Shown here: positions 18,270 to 27,432 of the stretch, in pieces
Layout of the letters: each line of letters opens with the position of its first letter
Position numbering within the stretch: position 1 is the first letter of the stretch
DNA from: Candidatus Aldehydirespiratoraceae bacterium
GTDB lineage: Bacteria > Actinomycetota > Acidimicrobiia > Acidimicrobiales > Aldehydirespiratoraceae
Assembly (NCBI GenBank): GCA_965198315.1
Contig: OZ240616.1
Location: forward strand, 1,159,096-1,223,095
Reading direction: 5' to 3'
DNA: 64,000 nucleotides
Program-made: the position numbers and the translations under genes
The notes under the pieces: generated by a model
The model's input: only the letters and a program-made list of their open reading frames with translations
Databases searched by the model: none
What the model was told of the DNA's origin: nothing

Positions 18270-19217
18270 ATGGCGTCGATCGGCATTGATCTCGGAGGTA
18301 CCAAGATCTTGGCGGTGCTCGCCAAGAATGGCGAGGTACTCGACAAACACAAGCTACCTACGCCGAGTAGGGAGGGGCCTGAGGCCATTCTCGATGCGAT
18401 GATCGTTGCTGCCCGCGAAGTCGATCCCGATGGCATCGCTTCGGGGATAGGTGTAGGGGTACCCGGTCCGGTGGTACCGGGTAGCGGGGTGCTTCCGCTC
18501 GCCTGCAATCTCTTCGGCTGGACTTCCCCTGTTGATGTAGCTGGCGAACTGTCCGCTCGATTCGACCAACGACCGGTTTTCGTCGACAACGATTGCAACG
18601 TGGCGACACTCGCCGAACACCAGTTGGGGGCGGGCCGAGGTGTAGACAACCTTGTCGGCGTGTTCATGGGCACCGGTGTTGGAGCGGGGCTGATTCTCGA
18701 CGGACGGTTGCGTCGAGGACCGCGTGGAATAGCAGGCGAAATCGGCCACACATTCGTCGATTTCTTGGCGGAGGACCGCGCAGAAGCAGACAATGAGTGC
18801 TTAGGGGAGCTTGAGGACTATGCCGGACGCTCTGCACTCGAGCGCCGCGCCCGAACTCTTGGTGCGCAAGGCGAGTCGTCGGCTCTGATTACGCTTGCCG
18901 GTGAGGGTCCCATGAAATCCAAACTTTGGAAACGCGCCCTTGACGAAGGCGATCAACTGGCGTTTCGTCTAATCGACCAAGCCGCCGAAGCACTGTCTGC
19001 AGCGTTGGCTTCAGTCATCAACTTGATCGATATTGAGCTGGTCGTACTCGGTGGTGGGATGGCCGAGAGACTTGGGTCGACGTTCCGAAATGATGTTGCC
19101 GCAAGGCTTGGGACACGTGTCTTCGCCGGGAGCGTGGCGCCGATCCGGGCTGCGTCCACTGGTGACTCCAGTGGAGCGTTGGGCGCGGCCCTACTCGTTG
19201 AGGAGGGTCAGATGTGA
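18270..19217 (+). CDS. ROK family glucokinase (possibly polyphosphate/ATP-dependent)
   Basis: ORF track 315 aa. IGIDLGGTKI, VDNDCNVATLAE, GTGVGAGLILDG, GEIGH. Stop overlaps the ppk1 start. Confidence 0.8.
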   Translation: MASIGIDLGGTKILAVLAKNGEVLDKHKLPTPSREGPEAILDAMIVAAREVDPDGIASGIGVGVPGPVVPGSGVLPLACNLFGWTSPVDVAGELSARFDQRPVFVDNDCNVATLAEHQLGAGRGVDNLVGVFMGTGVGAGLILDGRLRRGPRGIAGEIGHTFVDFLAEDRAEADNECLGELEDYAGRSALERRARTLGAQGESSALITLAGEGPMKSKLWKRALDEGDQLAFRLIDQAAEALSAALASVINLIDIELVVLGGGMAERLGSTFRNDVAARLGTRVFAGSVAPIRAASTGDSSGALGAALLVEEGQM

Positions 19218-21322
19218 GTGTTCGGGTTGGTGGCTGGGACGTTAACGACACCGCTGTGCTGAACCGCGAGCTGAGTTGGCTGGCGTTCAACGGCAGGGTC
19301 CTGGAACTTGCCGCCGACTTGAGAGTTCCGCTCCTGGAGCGGGTTCGCTACTTGTCGATTTATGCTAGCAACCTCGACGAGTTTTTTCAAGTGCGGGTGT
19401 CTGGGCTTCATGATCAGATCGCCGCGGGAATCTCCACAGTAGGTCCCGACGGCCGCACTCCTCGCAAGCAGATTGAAGACATCCGTTCGGTGGTGCTTGA
19501 ACTTGGTGCACGTCAGGAAAAGATCTTTGCCACTCAGATTCTGCCCGCTCTGAACGAGATGAATATCGAACTGCTTGAGTTCGATGATCTGACCAGCGAC
19601 GAGCGAGACATGATCGCCGAGAGGTTTCGCAGCCGCATCTTCCCGATACTCACACCGTTGGCGGTCGATCCCGGTCACCCATTCCCTTACATCTCGGATC
19701 TGTCGCTCAATCTTGCTGTTGTTGTCCGCAACCCAGCGGATCGTGAGAAACGTTTCGCGCGTGTCAAAGTCCCAAACACTCTCGAGCGGTGGATTTCGCT
19801 TGGCCAAGGCCTTCGCTTTGTCTCGCTTGAATCGGTCCTCGCCGCGCACCTCGACCAGTTGTTCCCGGGAATGGACATTGTTGAATCGGCGCCGTTTCGT
19901 GTCACCCGCAACGCCGACCTGACTCTCGGAGAAGAAGCCGAAGACCTGCTCGCGGCAGTTGAGATCGAATTGCGGCGCCGCCGCTTCGGACGCGCTGTTC
20001 GCCTTGAAGTTGCGTCATCGATGTCGCAGCAAACCCTGGAATTGTTGATCCGGGAGCTTGATCTCGAACCGGTTGATGTCTACTCGAGTTCAGTTCCTTT
20101 GGACGCGACGTCGCTGAACGCCGTGGCCGACATCGACCTTGGCCGCCAGAAGTGGCAGCATTGGCGCGGGATCACCGAGCCGGGACTCAAGTCTGAGAAC
20201 GAGCCGAGCAACTTGTTTGATGTGCTGGCCCTTCGAGATGTCCTGCTCCACCATCCGTATTCGTCGTTCAGCAGATCGGTGGTCCAGTTTGTTCGTCAAG
20301 CCAGCCGTGACAAATCGGTCCTCGCCATCAAACTCACGCTCTATCGCACATCCGGCGACAGCCCGATCATCGATGCGCTGATTGATGCGGCCGAGCGCGG
20401 CAAACAGGTGGCGGTGTTGATCGAAGTCAAAGCGAGATTCGACGAAGAGGCCAATATCGGTTGGGCTCGGCGACTCGAACAAGCGGGGGTGCATGTGGCT
20501 TACGGCATCGTGGGCCTCAAGATTCACTCGAAAATCGCCATGGTTGTGCGCGAAGAGACCGACGGCATCCGTCGCTACTGCCACATTGGCACCGGCAACT
20601 ACAACCACCGCACCGCTCGTCTCTATGAAGATTTTGGTGTGTTGACAGCCGATCCTGTGGTGGGTGATGACTTAGCTGATCTGTTCAATTACCTCACCGG
20701 CTACAGCCGAGCTCGCGACTATGAGCGCATTTTGGTGGCTCCCGAGATGCTGCGCTCACGCCTCTACGAGTTGATCGACGCTGAAATCGCCAGCGACCAA
20801 GGCCGGATGATTCTCAAGATGAACAGCCTTGTCGACACCGAGATGGTCGAAAAGCTCTACGAAGCTTCCAACGCTGGAGTTGAAATTGATTTGATTGTGC
20901 GGGGCGTTTGCTGTTTGCGTCCGGGTCTGGCGGGCTTGTCGGAGAACATTCGCGTGCGCTCGATAGTGGGTCGGTACCTCGAGCACTCGCGGATCTTTCA
21001 CTTCGCCAATGGGGGAGGTGCTAATGGGGGAGGTGCTAATGGTGGAGGTGCTAACGGCGGTGGCAAACCGCAGAGCCGTACCTACATCGGCAGCGCCGAT
21101 CTCATGCGTCGGAACCTTGATCGACGGGTCGAAGTGCTCCTCGAAATGAGCAATCCGGATCTAGAGAATCGGCTCCTTGAGGTGCTGGACGCGAACCTGG
21201 CGGATGATTGTCTGTCGTGGACACTTGATGGGTCCGGTGTCTGGACACGCCAGAACGGTACTGTCGGTGTTGATGTCCACGAAACGCTCCAAGAGCTTGC
21301 GAGGGTCCGGGCCCGTGGGTGA
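19214..21322 (+). CDS. ppk: polyphosphate kinase 1
   Basis: ORF track 702 aa. NRELSWLAFNGRVLELA, DEFFQVRV, GLKIHSKIAMVVRE, RYLEHSRIFHF, GSADLMRRNLDRRVE. Confidence 0.92.
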   Translation: MSVRVGGWDVNDTAVLNRELSWLAFNGRVLELAADLRVPLLERVRYLSIYASNLDEFFQVRVSGLHDQIAAGISTVGPDGRTPRKQIEDIRSVVLELGARQEKIFATQILPALNEMNIELLEFDDLTSDERDMIAERFRSRIFPILTPLAVDPGHPFPYISDLSLNLAVVVRNPADREKRFARVKVPNTLERWISLGQGLRFVSLESVLAAHLDQLFPGMDIVESAPFRVTRNADLTLGEEAEDLLAAVEIELRRRRFGRAVRLEVASSMSQQTLELLIRELDLEPVDVYSSSVPLDATSLNAVADIDLGRQKWQHWRGITEPGLKSENEPSNLFDVLALRDVLLHHPYSSFSRSVVQFVRQASRDKSVLAIKLTLYRTSGDSPIIDALIDAAERGKQVAVLIEVKARFDEEANIGWARRLEQAGVHVAYGIVGLKIHSKIAMVVREETDGIRRYCHIGTGNYNHRTARLYEDFGVLTADPVVGDDLADLFNYLTGYSRARDYERILVAPEMLRSRLYELIDAEIASDQGRMILKMNSLVDTEMVEKLYEASNAGVEIDLIVRGVCCLRPGLAGLSENIRVRSIVGRYLEHSRIFHFANGGGANGGGANGGGANGGGKPQSRTYIGSADLMRRNLDRRVEVLLEMSNPDLENRLLEVLDANLADDCLSWTLDGSGVWTRQNGTVGVDVHETLQELARVRARG
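21005..21064 (+). repeat. 15-bp in-frame tandem repeat x4 inside ppk1 (encodes ANGGG x4)
   Basis: GCCAATGGGGGAGGT / GCTAATGGGGGAGGT / GCTAATGGTGGAGGT / GCTAACGGCGGTGGC. Confidence 0.9.
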
Positions 21323-21770
21323 TCTCTACGACCGGCTTTCGCGCAAGTTCCCCAAAATCGAGGTATGGGCAGCTGGAGGTGTGGTGCTTCGCGATCACCG
21401 TGGCATCACAGAGGTTCTGTTGATCCATCGGCCCGTTCACTGCGACTGGTCGTTTCCCAAGGGCAAACTCGACCCGGGTGAGACTCTGGGCAAGGCCGCC
21501 TGGCGCGAAGTACACGAGGAGACGGGATTCAAGTGTAAGCGCCTTGAGCGCTTGCCACTGATTCGGTATCGAGACGCTCGTGGCCGTCGCAAAGCAGTCG
21601 TGTATTGGACCATGCAGGTGCTCGACGGGCAATTCGAGCCGAATTCTGAGGTGGATGCCATGGGTTGGTTCGATTTGGTGTCAGCACAGCGGGTTTTGAC
21701 ATACGAACACGATGTTTTGCTGCTTGATTCCGTGACAGGGGTCGTTCCTTCGCTCAGAATGCTTGCGTGA
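21315..21770 (+). CDS. NUDIX hydrolase (MutT1-like position downstream of ppk1)
   Basis: ORF 21177..21770. GTG 21315 overlaps the ppk1 stop by 8 nt. Nudix box GKLDPGETLGKAAWREVHEETG. Confidence 0.8.
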   Translation: MGDLYDRLSRKFPKIEVWAAGGVVLRDHRGITEVLLIHRPVHCDWSFPKGKLDPGETLGKAAWREVHEETGFKCKRLERLPLIRYRDARGRRKAVVYWTMQVLDGQFEPNSEVDAMGWFDLVSAQRVLTYEHDVLLLDSVTGVVPSLRMLA

Positions 21771-23341
21771 ACACTGACGACAAGCGACCGTTTGCTCCCT
21801 TTGGTTCAAGGTCGCGCGAGTCGAGGTCGCGCGGTGCTGAAAAAGCGATAGTCACGCCGTTCATGCGGTTGGCGCGTTTGCATGCGATGAGCGCCGCTGC
21901 TGACGGGGCTATCGCGGCTGCTCTAGCAGGTTCAATCTTCTTCGCTATCAGTCCAGAAGAGTCACGGGGACGAGTGGCGTTGGCGTTGTTGTTGACGATG
22001 GCTCCGTTTGCTGTAGTTACGCCTCTGATCGGTCCAGCCATCGACCGCATACATGGCGGTCGTCGCATGATGATCATTGTCACGACGATAGGTCGGGCGT
22101 TGCTCGCACTGTTGATGATCCAGCATGTCGGCACGCTGCTGTTGTTTCCAGAGATTTTTGGCGTCCTTGTGCTGCAGAAGAGTTATTCGGTTGCCAAGAG
22201 TGCAGTTGTTCCCCGTTTGGTGACCTCTGATGAAGATCTGGTTGGAGCCAACAGTCGATTGGCGCTGATCAGCGCAATATCGGGTCCGATGGGTGCCGGT
22301 TTGGCGGGACTCTTCAGCATTTTTGGTGGCCCGGCTGCATCTGCAGCGGTGGGTCTCGTGGGTTTTGTGCTGGCCACGTTGCTGGCCCTGGGAATCCCGT
22401 CGATTGTCGTTGCCGCGGTCCCGCCTGAGCAGTTGGAACGGGCGGAACTCAGGGACAGAAAGATCCTTCTAGCTGCGACTTCGATGATGATCGTTAGAGG
22501 CATTGTCGGGTTTGTGACGATGCTTTTGATGTTCGAATTGAGGGGTGGCAAGGATGGTCTTGATGTGAGTACAGAAGGCGCCGCGTTGGGTGGTGCCACG
22601 GCGACGGTGCGAGACATTGACATAACCGGCGATCCCCGAGCGCCCGTGTGGCATTTCGGGATTGTGGGGTTGTTTGCTGTGCTTGGGACTCTCGGTGGTG
22701 TGCGTTTCGCTCCAACGTTGCGTCGGCGTTTGACTGAAGAACAAATCCTGCTTGGGGCGATTACTGTGCTTGTGGCTGGAGCGGGTTTTGCTGCGCTGTC
22801 CGGGGGCCTGTTCGGCACGGTCATCTTTGCGTGCACGGTCACGGCTGCGGCCGGCACCGGAAAGCTTGCTTTTGATGCGTTGGTCCAACGGGACGCGCCG
22901 GTCGCCAACTATGGGCGTTCCTTCGCTCGATTTGAAGCGCGCTTTCAGCTTGCGTTCGCGACAGGGGCCATGGTGCCGGTGGTCATTCGGTTGAGCGTTC
23001 CTGTTGGAGCGGGTTTGGTTGGTGCGGTAGGCGGAGTTGCCTTGCTGGTCTATGTGTTCGGCAATCCCGGACGCCTGTTCAAACTTCGACGGGCCTCAAC
23101 AAAAAAGCGTCCATCCGCTGACCGGAAAGCCGGGCGAGCTGACAGTGACGTGGAGTTTGACGAGGAGATCCGTGCATCTCAACCAGCGCCTCCAGCAGGG
23201 ACAAGCGACTATGCCAGACCGAAGACATGGGACGAGAACACGCCTTATGTTTCGTCGATAGATGGTGTCGAAGTTGACCCAATTCCGTCCGACGGTTCGC
23301 CCGGTGAGCAAAACGAACTAGACGACACACCGCCCCGTTAG
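21767..23341 (+). CDS. MFS-type transporter
   Basis: ORF track 524 aa. ~12 hydrophobic segments, GPAIDRIHGGRRMM loop motif, hydrophilic C-terminal tail. GTGA overlap with the Nudix stop. Confidence 0.7.
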   Translation: MNTDDKRPFAPFGSRSRESRSRGAEKAIVTPFMRLARLHAMSAAADGAIAAALAGSIFFAISPEESRGRVALALLLTMAPFAVVTPLIGPAIDRIHGGRRMMIIVTTIGRALLALLMIQHVGTLLLFPEIFGVLVLQKSYSVAKSAVVPRLVTSDEDLVGANSRLALISAISGPMGAGLAGLFSIFGGPAASAAVGLVGFVLATLLALGIPSIVVAAVPPEQLERAELRDRKILLAATSMMIVRGIVGFVTMLLMFELRGGKDGLDVSTEGAALGGATATVRDIDITGDPRAPVWHFGIVGLFAVLGTLGGVRFAPTLRRRLTEEQILLGAITVLVAGAGFAALSGGLFGTVIFACTVTAAAGTGKLAFDALVQRDAPVANYGRSFARFEARFQLAFATGAMVPVVIRLSVPVGAGLVGAVGGVALLVYVFGNPGRLFKLRRASTKKRPSADRKAGRADSDVEFDEEIRASQPAPPAGTSDYARPKTWDENTPYVSSIDGVEVDPIPSDGSPGEQNELDDTPPR

Positions 23342-23355
23342 CCCGACAGGGTTCG

Positions 23356-24540
23356 TTAGCTGGACGGCAGATCGATCCTGGCCAACCACAATCCCGGCGC
23401 ATCAACTTCCGATGGCGTGGGGAGATGGGTGGGGTCGTCGAAGAGACGGTTGAGTCCGGTAGTCCCGGCCCGCTCAATGACGCCCTCGACGAATGCTGTG
23501 CCGCGATCGTATTGGTTCTGATCAAGTTCCAGGCCGAGGATGCGCTCAACCAGCCGGTCAGAAGCGTCGGCTTGAGTCCTGCGTCGGCGGAGTGCTTCGG
23601 TGACCATGTCGTAAGACCCGATGATGCTCCCCCCAGTCTGATCCATCACATAGTCGACGTATCCGGTGATGGCCGCGACCAGCGCGGTGATCTCAGGTTC
23701 GAGCGCCGCTTGCGCTGGGGAACGGACCGCGCCGAAAATCATCTCGGGATCGCTGAGCGTCTTGTTCAACTCTGCGAAAGCCTCTGGACCTGCGCTCAGG
23801 TCGAAGTTGCCGAGGCGGTCGCTCAGCGCCTCGGGATCGCGCTCAAAAGCACTGGCATGGCGTTGCAGCAAATCACTCAAGCGCTCGTTCACATGGGGAA
23901 CTCCCAGCACAGCCCGGTGAGCTGTCTCGTGGAGGCACACCCAGAGCCGGAGATCGTCGGGGTCGAGAGACCATTCCTGCCCGAATCGGTCAACGTTTGG
24001 AAGCAGAATCAGTAACGGAGCGTTCGTTGGGCGCGGGAGCGGTAGTTGAAAGCCTCCGAAAGCAATCCGCGCCAGTTCACCAACCATCGAACCGGTCGTC
24101 ATAGTAAGCAACATCGATTCGAGCATCTGAGAAAGTCCCGCCATCATCTGGCGCATCGGGTCGTTTTCAGAGAGGTCGTCGGGTGTTGGCAAACCTGTCG
24201 ATATCGATGAGGCGATTGCTCCCAGCAATGGTCGATAGTGCTCGATCGTGCTGTCGACCCACTGCGTGCGGTTGACGACGTCAACTCTCAAGGCTGCGCC
24301 GCGAGCCACCACTAGTTGTGTCTCCGACTGGACCTGCAACTCAGCTACGCGCACCAACTCCTCGATCGTGATCCGATCGCGGGGATCGATATTGGGTTCG
24401 GACTCTCCACCGGTGGCGATTGTGCGGGCGAGATCACGCGCTGAGTTGGGTGAAGAGCCGCTTGCACCGGACAGCATCTTCATGATCTCACCAAGAAACG
24501 CGCCGAGCGATTCGCCGTCAGGTGGCAGATCGTCGCTCAT
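23356..24540 (-). CDS. zinc-dependent metalloprotease (HExxH)
   Basis: ORF 23356..24738. ATG 24540 (MSDDLPPDGESLGAFLGEI) is preferred. The HExxH motif is HETAH, within WVCLHETAHRAV. Resembles the actinobacterial DUF2342/zinc metalloprotease family. Confidence 0.7.
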   Translation of the reverse strand: MSDDLPPDGESLGAFLGEIMKMLSGASGSSPNSARDLARTIATGGESEPNIDPRDRITIEELVRVAELQVQSETQLVVARGAALRVDVVNRTQWVDSTIEHYRPLLGAIASSISTGLPTPDDLSENDPMRQMMAGLSQMLESMLLTMTTGSMVGELARIAFGGFQLPLPRPTNAPLLILLPNVDRFGQEWSLDPDDLRLWVCLHETAHRAVLGVPHVNERLSDLLQRHASAFERDPEALSDRLGNFDLSAGPEAFAELNKTLSDPEMIFGAVRSPAQAALEPEITALVAAITGYVDYVMDQTGGSIIGSYDMVTEALRRRRTQADASDRLVERILGLELDQNQYDRGTAFVEGVIERAGTTGLNRLFDDPTHLPTPSEVDAPGLWLARIDLPSS

Positions 24541-24595
24541 GCGGGCATCGTAGATGCGTGACGGTGTTGATCCTCCCTTATTGGTGTGGCTGCTG

Positions 24596-25654
24596 ATGAA
24601 CAAAATCGTTGTCACGGGCGCGGCTGGAGACGTTGGGGCGCGGGTCGTAGCGAAACTAACCAGCGCGCAGCCGCGCTTTGACGTGCTGGCGGTTGACCAA
24701 ACGGCACTGCCCTCGCTGCCACCGGGAGTCGAGACCAAGCGGGTTGATCTGGAGTTCGCAGACCTCAGATCCTTATTTTGTGATGCCGATACGGTCGTGC
24801 ATCTAAGTTCTCGGGGTACTCCGGGTAAAACAGATCCGAAATCTGATGAGTTGGACTTGCTGATAGCCGAGCGGATCCTGGACGCAGCCGCGGATTGCCG
24901 GGTCGGTCAGCTCGTGCTTCTGTCAACGGCGCTGGTCTATGGCGCTCGTACCGCCAACCCGATTCCTTTGACCGAGGACGCTCCAGTACGCCCCAACTCC
25001 GACTTCTCGTGGGCTGTAGCGCGAGCGGAGATCGAAAAGATGACAGCTGAATGGAAGACAGCTCATCGGTGCACAGCGGTTTCGGTTCTGCGTCCAACAG
25101 CAATCGTTACCGACGACGATTTGGGGCAATTGGCCCGGGTGCTTCATAGTGCTCGACTTGGAGTTGCTGCCGATGGCGACCCACCCGTGCAGTACCTCCA
25201 CATTGATGACCTGGTCAGTGCGGTAATAGCCGCGGTTGTGTGTCGTGCTGACGGCCCGTTGAATGTTGCACCCGATGGTTGGATTCCACCTGACTCGCTC
25301 CGTGATCTCGAAGGACCCAAACCGAGACTGCGTGTCCCGTTGTGGATGGCTCGAGGTCTTGCCGCTGTCCGGTGGCAGGCGGGACTGGCTCCTATTCCGC
25401 CAGGTGTCGTGCCCTACACGTCGCATTCTTGGGTGATCGCCAGTGATCGCCTTCGAGCGCTCGGTTGGGAGCCGGCCTACTCAAATGAGGAAGCATGGGT
25501 TGTTTCGCACAATCCGGGTCCACTCGATTGGGTCCCGGCGCGTCGACGTCAAGAGTTGGCCTTGGCGGTCGCGGCGTTGGGAGTACTGGGAGGACTCGGG
25601 GTTTTGGTGTGGTTGTTGCGGCGGGTAAGCAGAGCCCGCCGCGCCGGATCGTGA
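24596..25654 (+). CDS. NAD-dependent epimerase/dehydratase family (extended SDR) protein with C-terminal TM segment
   Basis: ORF 24554..25654. ATG 24596 gives MNKIVVTGAAGDVGARVV (Rossmann GxxGxxG). Confidence 0.7.
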   Translation: MNKIVVTGAAGDVGARVVAKLTSAQPRFDVLAVDQTALPSLPPGVETKRVDLEFADLRSLFCDADTVVHLSSRGTPGKTDPKSDELDLLIAERILDAAADCRVGQLVLLSTALVYGARTANPIPLTEDAPVRPNSDFSWAVARAEIEKMTAEWKTAHRCTAVSVLRPTAIVTDDDLGQLARVLHSARLGVAADGDPPVQYLHIDDLVSAVIAAVVCRADGPLNVAPDGWIPPDSLRDLEGPKPRLRVPLWMARGLAAVRWQAGLAPIPPGVVPYTSHSWVIASDRLRALGWEPAYSNEEAWVVSHNPGPLDWVPARRRQELALAVAALGVLGGLGVLVWLLRRVSRARRAGS

Positions 25655-25686
25655 CGGACCCAGGGTTGGAGCCGTACCATTACAGA

Positions 25687-26169
25687 ATGCCGGCTCATGG
25701 AATGCTCGCTCCGCCAACCGACTCCGCTACTTGGCTGGGGTTGACCGACCAAACGCTTCCGGTGGGTCGAGCCGTCGATTGGGCGGTACTTCCCAGTTGC
25801 GGTGCAGTTGTCTTGTTCAGTGGAACAGCTAGAGATCACGCTGAGGGGCGAGAATGCGTTGAACGGCTCGAATACGAAGCTTATGATCGCTATGTTGTTC
25901 CGAAACTAGAAGAGATAGCTGGGCAAATGCGTCAGCGATGGTCCGCTCTGGGGAGGATTGTGCTCTTGCATCGAGTGGGCGTGGTGAAGCTGGGTGAGTC
26001 GTCGGTTGTGGTGGTGGCCTCGTCCCCTCACCGACCCGAGGCGTTTGCTGCGGCCCGCTATGGAATCGACGCCCTCAAAGCAACCGTGCCGATTTGGAAG
26101 AGGGAGATTTGGGCTGACGGTGAGTCTTGGGGACTTGAAGCGCAACATTTGACAAAGCTCGACTCATGA
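25687..26169 (+). CDS. moaE: molybdopterin synthase catalytic subunit
   Basis: ORF 25495..26169. Start is ATG 25687, or GTG 25651 (GTGA-coupled to the upstream stop). GAVVLFSGTARD, LEYEAY, ATVPIWKRE are MoaE motifs. Confidence 0.8.
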   Translation: MPAHGMLAPPTDSATWLGLTDQTLPVGRAVDWAVLPSCGAVVLFSGTARDHAEGRECVERLEYEAYDRYVVPKLEEIAGQMRQRWSALGRIVLLHRVGVVKLGESSVVVVASSPHRPEAFAAARYGIDALKATVPIWKREIWADGESWGLEAQHLTKLDS

Positions 26170-26387
26170 GTAGCGCAGTCGGTTTTCTCGTGGTGGCTCT
26201 TGCGATCGCGATCCTAGGTTCACTGATTCTGTGGTTGTGGCATCGTGCCAGGACGACGGCCCCGCCTACTTTCGGGGAGCATTTGAGAGCGCTCGCTCCG
26301 CGTAATAGCTCAGCAACGGTTGAACAACCAACCGGGATCGTCCCATTTGATCCCGATTCTGGCGAGGAGTTGAGTTCTGGCACGTGA
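26166..26387 (+). CDS. small single-TM protein (hypothetical)
   Basis: 73 aa. ATGA overlap with the moaE stop. N-terminal TM AVGFLVVALAIAILGSLILWLW. Confidence 0.45.
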   Translation: MSSAVGFLVVALAIAILGSLILWLWHRARTTAPPTFGEHLRALAPRNSSATVEQPTGIVPFDPDSGEELSSGT

Positions 26388-27399
26388 CTTAGCGATCGAC
26401 TTGGGCACCGCGAACACGCTGGTGTACGCCCGAGGGGAGGGCATCGTCTTGAACGAGCCGTCTGTGATCGCGGTGAATAGTCGCACCAAGAAGGTGCTCG
26501 CTACTGGCCGCGAGGCGTGGCAGATGATCGGGCGGACACCGAGCCATATCGTGGCGGTACGCCCTCTTCGTCAAGGCGCGATCACCGATTTCGATGTTAC
26601 GCAGCGGATGATCCGTCTTCTCTTGCAGCGCGTGGGGGTAAGCCGCCTCAATCGCCCCCGCGTGGTGATTTGCGTGCCTTCTGCGATCACCGCTGTCGAA
26701 CGACGGGCCGTAACCGATGCTGCCAGAGGAGCGGGAGCCGCTGATGCGCAACTCATTGAACAACCGGTCGCGGCTGCAATCGGTGCCGACCTTCCGATCA
26801 ATGAACCGATTGGCAACATGGTCGTTGACATCGGTGGTGGAACCACAGAAACTGCCCTGCTGTCTCTTGGCGGAGTAGTTGCGCTTGAAGCGGTGCGGGT
26901 TGGCTCGTTCGACATCGACAGCGCGGTGCAGGCATATGTCCGCCGCCAGTATGGAATTGCGATCGGAGAGCGTACCGCGGAAGACATCAAGATTGTCTTG
27001 GGTTCGGCTGCTCCAACCGAAAACGAAGTCAACGCGGAGGTGCGCGGTCGCGAAATGATGAGCGGGTTGCCGAAGACCATCGTTTTGACGCCAATGGAGA
27101 TCCGCAGGGCGATAGAGGAGCCGGTCGCGGCGATGGTCGATTCGGTGCTCTCCTGTCTTGCTCAGGCACCGCCTGAGCTCGCTCAGGACCTCATTGTGCA
27201 GGGTATTCACCTGGTGGGTGGCGGTGGAATGTTGAGGGGCATGGATCAGAGGCTGTCGCGCGAGACGAATGTTCGGGTGCAGTTGGTGCATTCCCCGCTT
27301 GAAGCCGTCGCCTTTGGCGCGGGTCGGGTGATTGAGCACTACGAGTCGGTTCAGGTGATGTTCATGAAGGCTGGCAGCGCTGACGGGCGAGATCGCTGA
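26377..27399 (+). CDS. mreB: rod shape-determining actin homologue MreB
   Basis: Track ORF starts at TTG 26401, inside the conserved IDLGTANT phosphate-1 motif. The frame is open only from 26374. CTG 26377 lies 7 nt after GAGGAG (26364-26369). The rest is canonical MreB (AVRPLRQGAITDF, VVDIGGGTTE, GGGGMLRG). Confidence 0.85.
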   Translation: MARDLAIDLGTANTLVYARGEGIVLNEPSVIAVNSRTKKVLATGREAWQMIGRTPSHIVAVRPLRQGAITDFDVTQRMIRLLLQRVGVSRLNRPRVVICVPSAITAVERRAVTDAARGAGAADAQLIEQPVAAAIGADLPINEPIGNMVVDIGGGTTETALLSLGGVVALEAVRVGSFDIDSAVQAYVRRQYGIAIGERTAEDIKIVLGSAAPTENEVNAEVRGREMMSGLPKTIVLTPMEIRRAIEEPVAAMVDSVLSCLAQAPPELAQDLIVQGIHLVGGGGMLRGMDQRLSRETNVRVQLVHSPLEAVAFGAGRVIEHYESVQVMFMKAGSADGRDR

Positions 27400-27432
27400 G
27401 GACATCGGTCCTCTTTCGTCGTTCCTCTTTCG

